Below are positions 32,196 to 43,247 of a stretch of 64,000 bases of DNA, piece by piece (within the stretch, counting starts at the first letter, position 1; each line of letters opens with the position of its first letter). The translations under genes were made by a program, and so were the position numbers. The DNA lies in NCBI GenBank assembly GCA_963796105.1, contig CAWCKJ010000002.1:192001-256000 (forward strand), given 5' to 3'. The notes beneath the pieces are model-generated. The model did no database searches, had not been told where the DNA came from, and saw only the letters and a list, made by a program, of their open reading frames with translations. This DNA comes from a candidate division FCPU426 bacterium (GTDB lineage: Bacteria > Oederibacteriota > Muellerivitia > Muellerivitales > Muellerivitaceae).

Positions 32196-33257
32196 ATGAG
32201 CGGGCTATCCCAGAAAATGAACGTTTTTGAGCGTTACCTGACCCTATGGGTGGCGCTCTGCATGGGACTGGGAATTTTGATCGGCAAAACCATGCCTCAA
32301 ATCATCACGTCCCTCCAGGGCATGGAATTCGGGTCCGGTAGCCATATCAATATCCCCATCGCTATCCTTATCTGGCTCATGATCTATCCCATGATGCTCA
32401 AGATTGATTTCGCGTCCCTCAAGGGCGTGGGGAAGAGGCCCAAGGGATTGCTGGTGACCTTGTTCGTCAACTGGCTGGTGAAGCCCTTTTCAATGGCTTT
32501 TTTCGGGTGGGTTTTCCTCAAAGTGTTTTTTGCCCCCTTCATGGGACCTGAGATGGCAAACCAATATTTGGCGGGCCTCATCATCCTGGCCGCCGCGCCC
32601 TGCACCGCCATGGTTTTCGTCTGGTCTTATTTGGCGGGAGGGGACGCCGCCTACACCTTGGTCCAGGTCTCCGTGAACGACCTCATCATGCTGGTGGCTT
32701 TCGCGCCCATTGTGCGCTTCCTCGTCTCGGGGGCCTCGGGTTTAGAGGTGCCTTTCCAAGTCCTTTTGTATTCCGTGGCCATATTCGTGGTGATACCCCT
32801 GGTCCTGGGAGCCTTGAGCCGCTGGGCACTCATCCGGAAGAATGGGGCGGAATGGTTCAACGGAAAATTCCTTCCGGTATTCCATCCCGTGACCATCCTG
32901 GCGCTGTTGGCCACGCTGGTTTTGATTTTCGCCTTCCAGGCGGGGAACATCACCAACCGCTGGCTGGACGTATTCTTGATCGCTATCCCCATCCTGATAC
33001 AGGTCTATTTCAACGCGGGGCTGGCTTACGGGTTGATGAAATTCCTCAAGGTGTCCTATGCCGTGGCGGCGCCGGGGGCCTTGATCGGGGCCTCGAACTT
33101 CTTCGAACTGGCCGTGGCCACCGCCATCGCGCTTTACGGCCCGGGAAGCGGGGCCGCCCTGGCCACGGTCGTGGGGGTTCTCGTTGAAGTTCCTGTCATG
33201 CTGTCGGTCTGTTCCATATGCACAAGAACCACCGGATGGTTTGAGAAGGAGGGCTAG
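32196..33257 (+). CDS. acr3: ACR3 arsenite efflux transporter
   Basis: FERYLTLWV, AAPCTAMVFVW, SNFFELAVA, VEVPVML. Confidence 0.95.
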   Translation: MSGLSQKMNVFERYLTLWVALCMGLGILIGKTMPQIITSLQGMEFGSGSHINIPIAILIWLMIYPMMLKIDFASLKGVGKRPKGLLVTLFVNWLVKPFSMAFFGWVFLKVFFAPFMGPEMANQYLAGLIILAAAPCTAMVFVWSYLAGGDAAYTLVQVSVNDLIMLVAFAPIVRFLVSGASGLEVPFQVLLYSVAIFVVIPLVLGALSRWALIRKNGAEWFNGKFLPVFHPVTILALLATLVLIFAFQAGNITNRWLDVFLIAIPILIQVYFNAGLAYGLMKFLKVSYAVAAPGALIGASNFFELAVATAIALYGPGSGAALATVVGVLVEVPVMLSVCSICTRTTGWFEKEG

Positions 33258-33659
33258 GTGGAAAAAATTCTTTTTCTTTGTGTCGCCAATTCCGCGAGAA
33301 GCCAGATGGCAGAGGGCCTGGCCAGGCATCTTTTGGGGGACAAAGCCATGATCCAAAGCGCCGGCTCAAAACCTTCCAGCGTCAATCCCTTCGCCATCAA
33401 AGCCATGGCGGAAATAGGCATTGATATCTCCAAACAACGCTCCAAATCGGTGGAGGAAATCGACCCCAAGACCGTGGATACGGTGATTACCCTCTGCGCG
33501 GAGGAAGTCTGCCCGGTTTTCCTGGGGAAGGCCGAGCGGCTCCATTGGGGCCTGCCGGACCCGGGGGTCGGGAAAAACACTGACGGTGAAAAGCTTCAAA
33601 GTTTCCGGGAAGTTAGGGATGAGATCAAAAAAAGGATAAAGGCGCTTTATCACGTATAA
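33258..33659 (+). CDS. arsC: Second thioredoxin-type arsenate reductase
   Basis: [27 protein letters not shown]. Confidence 0.9.
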   Translation: MEKILFLCVANSARSQMAEGLARHLLGDKAMIQSAGSKPSSVNPFAIKAMAEIGIDISKQRSKSVEEIDPKTVDTVITLCAEEVCPVFLGKAERLHWGLPDPGVGKNTDGEKLQSFREVRDEIKKRIKALYHV

Positions 33660-33669
33660 GGAGATTAAT

Positions 33670-34117
33670 ATGACGCATAAAGCGGATGAGGCTGTAGCCC
33701 TGTTCCAGAAGGGCTTCAATTGCGCCCAAAGTGTCCTGGGTTCCTTCGGCCCGGATACTGGCCTGGATAGGGAATCGTGTTTACGGGTGGGGGGGAGTTT
33801 TGGCGCGGGAATGGCCCGTAAGGCGGAAACTTGCGGAGCGGTCACCGGGGGGGTTGATGGTGATAGGCCTCCACCATGCCATGGTGATGGAAGGGGACGC
33901 CCAAGCTAAGAAAACAAACTATGACGAGGCAGGAAAGTTCATGGATGAATTTAAAAAAACCAATGGGTCCCTTATTTGCAGGGAATTATTGGGTTGCGAC
34001 ATCTTCACGCCGGAGGGTTCGAAAATCGCCGCGGACAAGAAATTAACGGCCACTCTTTGCCCTAAACTGGTAAGAAGCGCGGCTGAAATATTGGAAAACC
34101 AATTTGGCAATCGGTAA
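33670..34117 (+). pseudogene. C_GCAxxG_C_C family putative redox protein, frameshifted at a G7 run
   Basis: GFNCAQSV...TCGAVTGG in one frame; LMVIGL...CRELLG...CPKLV in the next; removing one G at 33847-33853 restores one ORF. Confidence 0.8.
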
Positions 34118-34153
34118 TTCGCGATGAAACCTTTAATGGGATCACGGGAATAA

Positions 34154-34534
34154 ATGGATAAAGCGAAAGGTAGGAAGTTTAGGATCATTTTATTGTACGC
34201 GTTGATCGGCTGGGCGGTTTGCGCCATGACCATGGGGGTTGGAATGGCGTTTTTACCGGCTCATATTGTATTTGTGATCCATGCCTTGGTTGCCCCCCTG
34301 GCTTTTGCCTTCCTATCGTACCATTACCACAAAAACCATCATTTCACTGAACCTTTTCAAACAGCTTTGATCTTCGTGTCTGTTGTTGGGTTGGTTGATT
34401 TTTTCCTAGTGGCCTTGGTTATTCTTAAGAGTTTGGATATGTTTAAAAGCCTTCTGGGGACATGGATTCCCTTGGTATTGATCTTTAGTTCCACCCTTGT
34501 TGTGGGGTTATTTACCCGAAAAAATAACGTTTAA
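34154..34534 (+). CDS. Small membrane protein, unknown function
   Basis: Four hydrophobic segments; 126 aa. Confidence 0.7.
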   Translation: MDKAKGRKFRIILLYALIGWAVCAMTMGVGMAFLPAHIVFVIHALVAPLAFAFLSYHYHKNHHFTEPFQTALIFVSVVGLVDFFLVALVILKSLDMFKSLLGTWIPLVLIFSSTLVVGLFTRKNNV

Positions 34535-34624
34535 ACCACCCACCTAGGGAATAAATCAACTGAGTCCCGAAGTATAATCAATTCCAATTCTTGCCTTCGC
34601 CGGCAACACACCTGGGAATTTAAA

Positions 34625-35220
34625 ATGTTTAATCAGGGGATTTGGATAATCAGCGGTCTCGGACTGCTCATGGGATTGGTTTTGTTGACGCCTTTTTTCT
34701 ACAAAAAAGCGGAGGTGGAACTCGAGACATTTCTTTTTATTATGGGATTGGCGGCGGTCAGCATCTCCAACCTTTGGTCATGGCCATTGGTGGTGGAAGC
34801 CTTGAAGGAGCCCATCCCCATCACCCTGGCGGTTTTGGCGGCGTGATCTTCCGGGCCATAAAAATTTATTTGTTTGTGGCGGGACTTATCCTGCTGGGAA
34901 CGGGCATGACGCCCATGGTAGCCCGGTTCTTAACCGGCTTACCGCCCAGTGTCCTCTATTGGGTCAATATGACTTCGGCGGTCTTGGATAACGCTAGCAT
35001 GGCGGCCGCTGAAATAAACCCGATGATGTCCTTGGCGACTGTTCAATACGTGATGCTGGGGCTTTTGCTCTCGGGAATCATGCTCATTCCCGGAAACCTC
35101 CCGAACATCATTACGGCAAACAAACTCGGGATTAAAAGCTCCGAATGGGCCAAATGGGCTTTTCCATTGGGCCTGTTGTTGATGATGACTTATTTTTTAC
35201 TGCTCATTGGATTGCGCTAG
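34625..35220 (+). pseudogene. DUF1646-like membrane protein with out-of-frame internal deletion
   Basis: N-terminus (LETFLFIMG...ALKEP) stops at 34846; C-terminal motifs (LYWVN..SAVLDNA, MLIPGNLPNII, EWA) follow at once in another frame; the middle of the protein appears to be missing. Confidence 0.65.
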
Positions 35221-35509
35221 GCCATTCGGCCAAGCAGAGTAAAGGCCCTTCTGAAATCCCCCCTGTACCACCCGGATTCTCACAGTCATTTCGCTTTCGT
35301 GGAAATAACCCCACTTTTAAAGTCCTGATGTGTTTTTGGATCAGCACTTTCCTTTGGTAACCTAGTTGAAAACAGCTATCAAAATCGTTTTCCTCTCCTG
35401 GAAAGCGGTTTCCTGCGTATCGAAATTATTCCGCAACTATTTCGCCGAGGGCCTATCAATCCGATCCAGAGGGGCGGTACTATTTTTTTGAAGATGCATC
35501 AGAATGTTC

Positions 35510-35534
35510 CCGGCTTAAAACGATTTTAAGCCGG
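35510..35534. promoter_or_regulatory. Perfect 11-bp-stem inverted repeat upstream of the giant surface-protein gene
   Basis: CCGGCTTAAAA-CGA-TTTTAAGCCGG. Confidence 0.45.
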
Positions 35535-35593
35535 CACTTGGAGTGAAAAGAAAACCCGCGGAAAACTCCCGCCACGAATGGTTAGGGGAGAAA

Positions 35594-38500
35594 ATGGCCA
35601 AGCGAAGAAAAGAATTTTTAACCGCCCTGATCCTTTTCACCGTTGGAATGTCCTTCTTTACCCTCCCGAAAACCGCCTCGGCCCAGTGTACGCCCTCAAG
35701 CGCGAGAATCTGCGTGGCCAGCGACGACTGGTCCCAGATCTATGTCGGCGGGGTTTACCTGGGCCAGATCAATTATTGCAACTGGGACGGGACGGGGAGC
35801 TGTCCTCCCGGTTGTATCACCGTCCCCACCTCGCTCATCTCCGGCAGCCAGGTTTATATTTCCGTCTACACCCAAAACACCGCTTGCAACAACGTCTATT
35901 CCTCCTGGGACCTGGATATCACCTGCACCAACGGCCAGCATTCCGAAATTACCAGCGCCAGCGGCGGCGTATCGCTGGACTATATCAGCTCAGGAAATCC
36001 TACCACCCCTCCCGCCTCCAACTGGTACGCGACCAATTTCACCGGCGGTACTTGGCAGACCCCCGCGGTGGTCAACACCACCGCCGGTGATTGCTGTTGG
36101 GGCCAAAGCATCTATAACCCTGTGACGGGCCAGACGGTACCCTTCACGTCCACCGATACCTCGGGCGCCTACAGTACGAGCAATTGCGGCGGTGCGCTTT
36201 TCTACTCCCAGGCCACTACGATCCCGCCTCCCGCCGCGACCGTGGGGCCGGCCACCATGACCGTCACGAAATCCCTGGTCGCGGGCCAGCCCGTCACCAA
36301 TACCAACAATGACATGTTCGTGACCTTCCAAGTGGTGGTTTGTAATACCGGCGGACCCGTGACGAGCGGAGGCGTGACCCTGACCGACACGCAAGCCGGG
36401 GGAACTGCCTTTGCCTTCATCGGCTGGATCATTCCCGCGCAATCACCCATCTCCATCGATTACAACGCGAACGCGAGCTGGCCGGTTCCGGCGGCCAGCG
36501 GGGGAAGCCCCGCGACCTGGGGCAATTTTCCAGGGAACTCCTGCGTAACCCTTCTTGCCAGCATGGAGGATTATTACTGGGAAGGGAACGCCTGCCAAAC
36601 GATCACCAATACGGCCAGCATAGCTTATTCCGGGGGAACGAAAAATTCTGGGATCGTGACGGTGGGCCGGCCCTGTACTCAGGGCACCCCCACCTTCACC
36701 AACACTTACACCTTCACCTATACCCATACTTTCACCTTCACCAACACTTTCACGCCGACCAGGACTCCCACGCCGACCAACAGCCCCACGAGGACTCCGA
36801 CGCCCACTCTCACCAACACCCCCACCAACACGTCCACTCCCACGAATACCCCCACCCGGACGCCGACCCCGACACCCACTAACACCCCGACTCCCACCCC
36901 CACGAATACGCCCACCCCAACCCCCACACCGACACCCACGAGAACACCGACTCCCACGCTTACGAACACACCTACACCGACCCCAACGAACACCCCTACG
37001 CCGACACCATCACCCACACCTACTCCAACAAGGACGCCGACCCCGACACCCACTAACACTCCTACCCCAACACCCACTCCATCACCCACACCTACCCCGA
37101 CCCGGACGCCGACACCTACACCCACCAACACACCTACGCCAACCCCCACCCCTTCGCCCACTCCTACCCCGACTAGGACGCCAACGCCTACACCCACCAA
37201 TACTCCGACTCCTACTCCGACACCTTCACCTACGCCTACGCCCACGGTTTCACCAACCCCTACTCCAACCAGGACACCCACTCCAACTCCCACGAACACC
37301 CCAACCCTAACACCTACAAACACTCCCACTCCGACACCCACACACACCCCGACGCCTACTCCGACTAACACTCCTACCCCCACCCCGACCGTAACGCCTA
37401 CTCCCACGCCAACCAAGACACCAACACCCACTCCTACGCCTACACCTTCGCCGACCCCTACCAATACGCCTACTCCTACACCCACCACGACGCCAACACC
37501 AACCCCAACCAGGACTCCTACTCCCACACCCACCAACACTCCGACTCCTACCCCGACGACAACCCCTACCCCAACCCCCACGAATACTCCCACTTCGACC
37601 CCTACAAGGACACCTACACCGACGCCAACAACAACACCCACACCAACGCCTACCAATACCCCAACTCCGACACCCACCAACACGCCGACTCAAACCCCGA
37701 CCAGAACCCCGACGAACACCCCTACTCCGACTCCCACCAATACACCCACGAATACGCCCACACCCACACCCACGACTACTCCAACGCCTACCCCGACGAG
37801 GACTCCAACGCCAACCCCTACCAACACCCCGACCCCCACGCCTACAACGACGCCGACTCCGACACCCACCAATACACCAACTCCAACTCCCACACATACT
37901 CCGACTCCAACACCGACAACCACCCCTACCCCGACCCCGACGAACACACCGACCAGGACTCCCACGCCGACTCCGACTCCTACTCCGACAACGACGCCTA
38001 CCCCCACTCCAACTAATACACCAACCATTACTCCAACACCCACTAATAGCCCCACGGGAACCCAGTCGCCCACAAATACGCCCACTATTACCCCAACCAA
38101 GACTCCGACCCCGACTCCCACCAATACACCCACGATTACGCCTACACCAACACCTACCAATACCCCGACTCGGACACCAACCCCTACCCCGACACCCACC
38201 CCAACAACAACTCCCACGCCAACGCCGACGAATACCCCGACACCCACCCCAACCAATACGCCTACGCCTACTCCAACCACGACGCCGACACCTACCCCCA
38301 CGAGGACTCCGACACCAACTCCTACCAATACTCCGACTCCCACCCCGACAACGACGCCTACTCCAACACCCACTAATACGCCCACTCCAACCCCCACGAG
38401 GACGCCCACTCCCACATCCACCACCACCCCATCACCCACTCCAACCAATACTCCTACTCCTACCCCCACGAATACCCCGACACCCACTCCTACAACTACC

Positions 38501-41434
38501 CCGACCCCTACTCCAACGAGAACCCCGACGCCTACCCCTACAAATACGCCTACTCCAACGCCAACCACCACACCCACTCCCACACCCACCAATACCCCGA
38601 CTCCTACTCCCACGAATACTCCTACACCCACCCCCACGACCACCCCGACACCTACTCCGACTAGGACACCGACACCCACTCCTACCTCCACGAATACCCC
38701 TACACCCACCACAACCCCCACTCCGACCCCCACCAACACGCCAACCATCACCCCGACTCCGACCAATACGCCCACAGGGACCCAGTCTCCCACGAATACG
38801 CCCACCATCACCCCGACCAAGACCCCGACCCCGACACCTACCTCTACCCCGACTGTGACACCTACTCCCACTCCCACGAATACCCCGACTTCTACTCCTA
38901 CCAACACCCCTACGCCCACGCCCACTACGACGCCAACTCCAACACCGACTTCCACCCCAACTAGGACTCCAACATCCACACCAACTCCTACTCCTACGAC
39001 CACCTCCACCCCAACACCCACTAATACGGCTACCTCTACCCCAACTAATACCCCGACACCCACCCCAACCCTGACACCCTCGCCGACTCCCACTAAAACT
39101 CCGACGAATACACCTACTTCCACGCCAACCCCAACCCCCACCATTACGCCCACCCCGACGAACACCTCGACCGGTACGACTTCTCCCACGAACACCTTTA
39201 CGGTCACTCCGACCCTGACTCCTTCACCCACTCCCACGAATACCCCTACGAATACGCCGACACCCACCCCAACCCCCACACCTACTTCAACACCGTCCAA
39301 TACCCCGACTTCCACACCCACTTCCACCCCGACACCCACACCCAGCAATACCCCTACAACTACTCCCACCCCCACTTACACGCCTACTCCCACCCAGACT
39401 CCAACTCCCACATCAACCGACACTCCGACCGACACGCCTCCTTTCACCTATACAAACACCAATACCCCAACAAACACATCCTCCCCGACGGATACCTATA
39501 CATCCACTCCCACTCCGACTAACACCCCTACCCCGACTCCAACTAACACTTCCACAAACACCAACACTCCGACCGACACACCAACCAATACCCCGACCCC
39601 CACACCCACAAACACTCCCACCAATACCAATACCCCGACACCGACTTTCACGGACACACCAACATCCACGCCAACGCCTACTCCTACCGCCACCCCGACT
39701 GATACACCTCCATTCACCTATACAAACACCAATACCCCTACCGACACTTCCACCCCCACAAACACCAACACACCCACGAATACGCCGACTAATACCCCCA
39801 CTCCAACACCCACTAACACTCCCACCAACACCAATACCCCGACAGATACCGCCACACCGACCAATACCAATACCGCTACCAATACCTATACAGCGACCAA
39901 CACTCCGACCAACACCAATACGCCCACTAATACCCCCACCGCTACCAACACCTCTACTCCTACCAACACCTATACGGCCACCAATACCCCCACCAATACC
40001 AACACCCCGACTAACACCAATACTCCTACCAATACGCCTACTCCTACTCCCACCAGGACGCCTACTAACACTTCCACTCCCACGAATACGCTTACAGCCA
40101 CGAATACACCCACTAATACTAATACCCTGACACCTACCCCCACGGCGACCTTCACTCCCACCCCCACGCCTGCCGCGGTATTGGCCTTGCAAAAACAGGA
40201 GTCAGAATCAACAGGTTCCTCGGGGGATATGGTGACCTATACCTTGAATGTGAATGTCTCCAACGCCAACGCTCCCGGGGTAGTGGTGCAGGACCAACTG
40301 CCTCCCAACTGCACTTTCACGGCCTTCGGGGTCTCACCAGCAGGAACATCGGCCGTAACCACCGTTTCAGGCGGGGTGACCATGATGAACTGGACATTGC
40401 CCACCCTTATCCCTGGAAGCTACCAATTGACTTATACAGTCTCGATTAACAGCTTCACGCCCGCGGGACCCATTGTGAACTGCGCGGTCTTAAACTATCC
40501 GGGAATCTCACCATTGAGTTCCTGTGCCACATTAATGGTGACAGGGAGCTACACGGTGAAGATCGGGGTGTATAACGAGGCAGGAGAACTGGTAAAGACA
40601 CTGTTGGTAACCCAATATTCCCAGCCCTTGGTGGACCTGCAGTTGAAGAACGGGGATCTGATTAATGGGCTGAATGATCCCATCCTGATATATGACCAGA
40701 ATACCCAGATCACGGTGTGGAACGGGACAGACCAGAACGGGAACCCGGTGCCCAATGGTGATTATTACGTGAAAGTGGACAATGTCGATTCCTTCGGGGT
40801 GGATAAGAGCGTGGTATTGAACGTGGTGGTGAGCAGGTCGTTGGAGAAGGTGACGATCGACATATATAACGAGGCTGGAGAGATCGTGGACACGCTCTAC
40901 AGCGTGGTGGAGGACCCACAAGGGACGGTGATCACAGGGGTGAAGCTGTCAGGGACGGTTTTGGAGCCAGGGTCGCCGACGGATGGGAACCTGATCATTA
41001 CAACCAATAACGGCGTGACAGCCACATGGACAGGCTATTCCTCAAGCGGGGCGGTGGTACCCAACGGGAAATACTTCATCGAGGTGCACTCCACCGATGG
41101 AAAAGGCGGGGAGACGGTGATCGTGACATCGGTGATGGTGTTGAACAATCCGAAACAGACGGTGCCGAAAGTCTGGGCCTATCCGAACCCGTTAACCGGG
41201 GGATTCAGCCAAGTGGAGTTCCAGGCCTCAAATCTTGGGATTAACCTGACGGTGAGGATTTACGACCTGGCGGGAGAGCTGGTGACGGAACTCAAAGGCG
41301 CCGGGGGAACGAGCCGGGTGACCTGGAATGCCGCAGGAATCTCAAGCGGGCTCTACATCGCCAAGGTGGAACAGAAGGACCTGACCGGGAAGATCATCGC
41401 CAAGCAGACACTCAAGATCCTGGTACAAAAATAA
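35594..41434 (+). CDS. Giant secreted surface protein: Cys-rich head, DUF11-like domains, ~1160-aa Pro/Thr stalk, tandem FlgD-Ig-like domains and T9SS type-A-like CTD
   Basis: ATG 35594 behind GGGGAG; signal peptide ending ASA|QC; C-terminal VWAYPNP...IYDLAGELV...SSGLYIAK...KILVQK. Confidence 0.85.
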   Translation: MAKRRKEFLTALILFTVGMSFFTLPKTASAQCTPSSARICVASDDWSQIYVGGVYLGQINYCNWDGTGSCPPGCITVPTSLISGSQVYISVYTQNTACNNVYSSWDLDITCTNGQHSEITSASGGVSLDYISSGNPTTPPASNWYATNFTGGTWQTPAVVNTTAGDCCWGQSIYNPVTGQTVPFTSTDTSGAYSTSNCGGALFYSQATTIPPPAATVGPATMTVTKSLVAGQPVTNTNNDMFVTFQVVVCNTGGPVTSGGVTLTDTQAGGTAFAFIGWIIPAQSPISIDYNANASWPVPAASGGSPATWGNFPGNSCVTLLASMEDYYWEGNACQTITNTASIAYSGGTKNSGIVTVGRPCTQGTPTFTNTYTFTYTHTFTFTNTFTPTRTPTPTNSPTRTPTPTLTNTPTNTSTPTNTPTRTPTPTPTNTPTPTPTNTPTPTPTPTPTRTPTPTLTNTPTPTPTNTPTPTPSPTPTPTRTPTPTPTNTPTPTPTPSPTPTPTRTPTPTPTNTPTPTPTPSPTPTPTRTPTPTPTNTPTPTPTPSPTPTPTVSPTPTPTRTPTPTPTNTPTLTPTNTPTPTPTHTPTPTPTNTPTPTPTVTPTPTPTKTPTPTPTPTPSPTPTNTPTPTPTTTPTPTPTRTPTPTPTNTPTPTPTTTPTPTPTNTPTSTPTRTPTPTPTTTPTPTPTNTPTPTPTNTPTQTPTRTPTNTPTPTPTNTPTNTPTPTPTTTPTPTPTRTPTPTPTNTPTPTPTTTPTPTPTNTPTPTPTHTPTPTPTTTPTPTPTNTPTRTPTPTPTPTPTTTPTPTPTNTPTITPTPTNSPTGTQSPTNTPTITPTKTPTPTPTNTPTITPTPTPTNTPTRTPTPTPTPTPTTTPTPTPTNTPTPTPTNTPTPTPTTTPTPTPTRTPTPTPTNTPTPTPTTTPTPTPTNTPTPTPTRTPTPTSTTTPSPTPTNTPTPTPTNTPTPTPTTTPTPTPTRTPTPTPTNTPTPTPTTTPTPTPTNTPTPTPTNTPTPTPTTTPTPTPTRTPTPTPTSTNTPTPTTTPTPTPTNTPTITPTPTNTPTGTQSPTNTPTITPTKTPTPTPTSTPTVTPTPTPTNTPTSTPTNTPTPTPTTTPTPTPTSTPTRTPTSTPTPTPTTTSTPTPTNTATSTPTNTPTPTPTLTPSPTPTKTPTNTPTSTPTPTPTITPTPTNTSTGTTSPTNTFTVTPTLTPSPTPTNTPTNTPTPTPTPTPTSTPSNTPTSTPTSTPTPTPSNTPTTTPTPTYTPTPTQTPTPTSTDTPTDTPPFTYTNTNTPTNTSSPTDTYTSTPTPTNTPTPTPTNTSTNTNTPTDTPTNTPTPTPTNTPTNTNTPTPTFTDTPTSTPTPTPTATPTDTPPFTYTNTNTPTDTSTPTNTNTPTNTPTNTPTPTPTNTPTNTNTPTDTATPTNTNTATNTYTATNTPTNTNTPTNTPTATNTSTPTNTYTATNTPTNTNTPTNTNTPTNTPTPTPTRTPTNTSTPTNTLTATNTPTNTNTLTPTPTATFTPTPTPAAVLALQKQESESTGSSGDMVTYTLNVNVSNANAPGVVVQDQLPPNCTFTAFGVSPAGTSAVTTVSGGVTMMNWTLPTLIPGSYQLTYTVSINSFTPAGPIVNCAVLNYPGISPLSSCATLMVTGSYTVKIGVYNEAGELVKTLLVTQYSQPLVDLQLKNGDLINGLNDPILIYDQNTQITVWNGTDQNGNPVPNGDYYVKVDNVDSFGVDKSVVLNVVVSRSLEKVTIDIYNEAGEIVDTLYSVVEDPQGTVITGVKLSGTVLEPGSPTDGNLIITTNNGVTATWTGYSSSGAVVPNGKYFIEVHSTDGKGGETVIVTSVMVLNNPKQTVPKVWAYPNPLTGGFSQVEFQASNLGINLTVRIYDLAGELVTELKGAGGTSRVTWNAAGISSGLYIAKVEQKDLTGKIIAKQTLKILVQK
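36680..40172 (+). repeat. Low-complexity Pro/Thr ([10 protein letters not shown]) coding repeat tract
   Basis: ~3.5 kb of (A/C)CN codons with varied third positions. Confidence 0.95.
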
Positions 41435-42162
41435 GAAATAAGTGAAACTATTTTTGGGCACTTATTCTTTAGTTTTATTCATTACGTGTCAATACTACAA
41501 AATTGTCAGGTCAGTCGGACATTTCATGTATATCCCAGTTTGAATCTTTGAGGGGTTTTTAATGAAAAAGTATTTATTCAGAACTTTATATTGGTTTTAA
41601 TCTTTGGAAAACCCGCCTTAAAGTTTTATTCCTATTCCCTCGAGGTGTTTTTCTATTTTTAATTCCTTGTAAAAACTTGGCATGGGCCTTGCCTTATTTC
41701 CTTAAACGGGTAAATCATTGTCGTGGTTCGCGATGATGAGTTCCGGCATACGCCGGAGGGAGGCAAGCCATGCAAAAAAGGATAATTTCCAACGACCCCA
41801 GGGACTACCAAGCAGGGAACTTATCCCAAGCCTCTTTCCGGGAAACCCCCGGGATTTTTCTGGAGCCGGATGTTCATTCGAACCACAACAGGGCATCCGG
41901 TTTGGAGGCCCATGGCACAAAAAAAATTCAGGAAATTCAGGAAATTTAGGAAAGGGGGATTCCACCGGCTTGTTCAGCCGCTTGGATCATTGGGATGAGC
42001 GGGCCCAGGGAATCCTGGAGCGCTTTATCCTCAAATTTTGGCTGGAGGGTTTCCGGGCTTCCAGGGGCGGGAAATCCCCATCAGCGCTGGCGGATTTAAG
42101 GAGGCACCGGGGTTTTCCGGAGCGGATGCCCCGCAGGGATTAATTTTCAAGGAGGCAACGAT

Positions 42163-43203
42163 ATGGTGACTCCCCCCCTTCCGCCCGATGAGGAGGCCAG
42201 GATCAGGGAACTGGACCGTCTCCATCAAATGGATACCCCCGATGAGGAACGTTTCGACAAGCTTGTCCGGCTCGCCGCGGGTCTTTTCAACGTGCCGGTC
42301 GCCCTGATTACCCTGGTGGATGAAAACCGTGTTTGGTTCAAGGCCCGGCACGGCCTGGAAACCCAGGAAGTCCCCAGGGAACTTTCCTTTTGCGCCCACG
42401 CCATCCTTTCCCCGGAGCCTTTCCTGGTGCCGGACGCCAGGTCGGACGACCGTTTCAAGGACAACCCCTTCGTGAAAGGGGAACCCCATATCCAGTTCTA
42501 CGCCGGTTATCCCCTGAGCGGAGCCCAGGGACAAAGGGTGGGAAACCTCTGCCTGGTGGATTACAAGCCCAGGGAAATAGGCCAGGAACACCTGCAAGCC
42601 CTGAAAGACCTGGCGGACCTGGCAGTGATGGAATTGGAGATACAGCAAATCCACCAGGCCAACCAGGCCCTCCTCAAGGAAAGAAATTTTTTGCGCAACC
42701 AGGCCCTGGTGGATTCCCTGACCCGTCTCTGGAACCGGGGCGCCATCCTGGAAATATTGGAGTTGGAATGGAGGAAAGCGGCCCGGGAAGGCTCCTCGGT
42801 GGGGGTGATCATGGCCGATTTGGACCATTTCAAGAACATCAATGACACCTTCGGCCATCCGGTCGGCGACGTGGTCCTGCTTGAAACGGCCCATATGATC
42901 AGGTCTTGCCTGCGCTCCAGCGACTCGGCGGGGAGGTACGGCGGTGAGGAGTTCCTCATGGTTTTTCCCGGGGTGGGAGCCTCCCTGGTCCGGGAGATCG
43001 GCGAGAGGATCCGCTCCGCCATGGAATCCAAAGCCATCATCACCCCGAAAGGCATCCTGAAAACCACCATCAGCATGGGATGCGGGGTCACCCCCGTGGA
43101 CCGCAAGATTCCCTTGGACACTCTCATCGCCCAGGTTGACAAGTCCCTCTACCAGGCGAAGAGGGAAGGGAGGAACAGGGTCTGCCAAACCGCGCTGGAA
43201 TAA
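42163..43203 (+). CDS. GAF-GGDEF diguanylate cyclase
   Basis: SFCAHAIL, RF.DNPFV, FYAGYPL GAF domain; RxxD I-site and RYGGEEF. Confidence 0.93.
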   Translation: MVTPPLPPDEEARIRELDRLHQMDTPDEERFDKLVRLAAGLFNVPVALITLVDENRVWFKARHGLETQEVPRELSFCAHAILSPEPFLVPDARSDDRFKDNPFVKGEPHIQFYAGYPLSGAQGQRVGNLCLVDYKPREIGQEHLQALKDLADLAVMELEIQQIHQANQALLKERNFLRNQALVDSLTRLWNRGAILEILELEWRKAAREGSSVGVIMADLDHFKNINDTFGHPVGDVVLLETAHMIRSCLRSSDSAGRYGGEEFLMVFPGVGASLVREIGERIRSAMESKAIITPKGILKTTISMGCGVTPVDRKIPLDTLIAQVDKSLYQAKREGRNRVCQTALE

Positions 43204-43247
43204 GCATTTCTTTAAAAAGTGTTTTCAAATTTGCCGGTCCCGGCCGG

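Noticed and set aside
35220..35593. c-di-GMP or other riboswitch upstream of the giant surface protein
   Set aside because: Hairpins are present, but I could not see the GEMM consensus; an Rfam scan would be needed.
36680..40172. Possible CRISPR or non-coding satellite
   Set aside because: In-frame coding repeat with wobble variation; no constant repeat with unique spacers.
36718..40192. Long antisense VGVG/GR-rich ORFs
   Set aside because: Automatic consequence of Pro/Thr codons lacking antisense stops; not independent genes.
42031..43188. 385-aa antisense ORF (and similar ones at 27527-28645, 61694-62635)
   Set aside because: Antisense shadows of high-GC3 genes with clear family motifs on the other strand.
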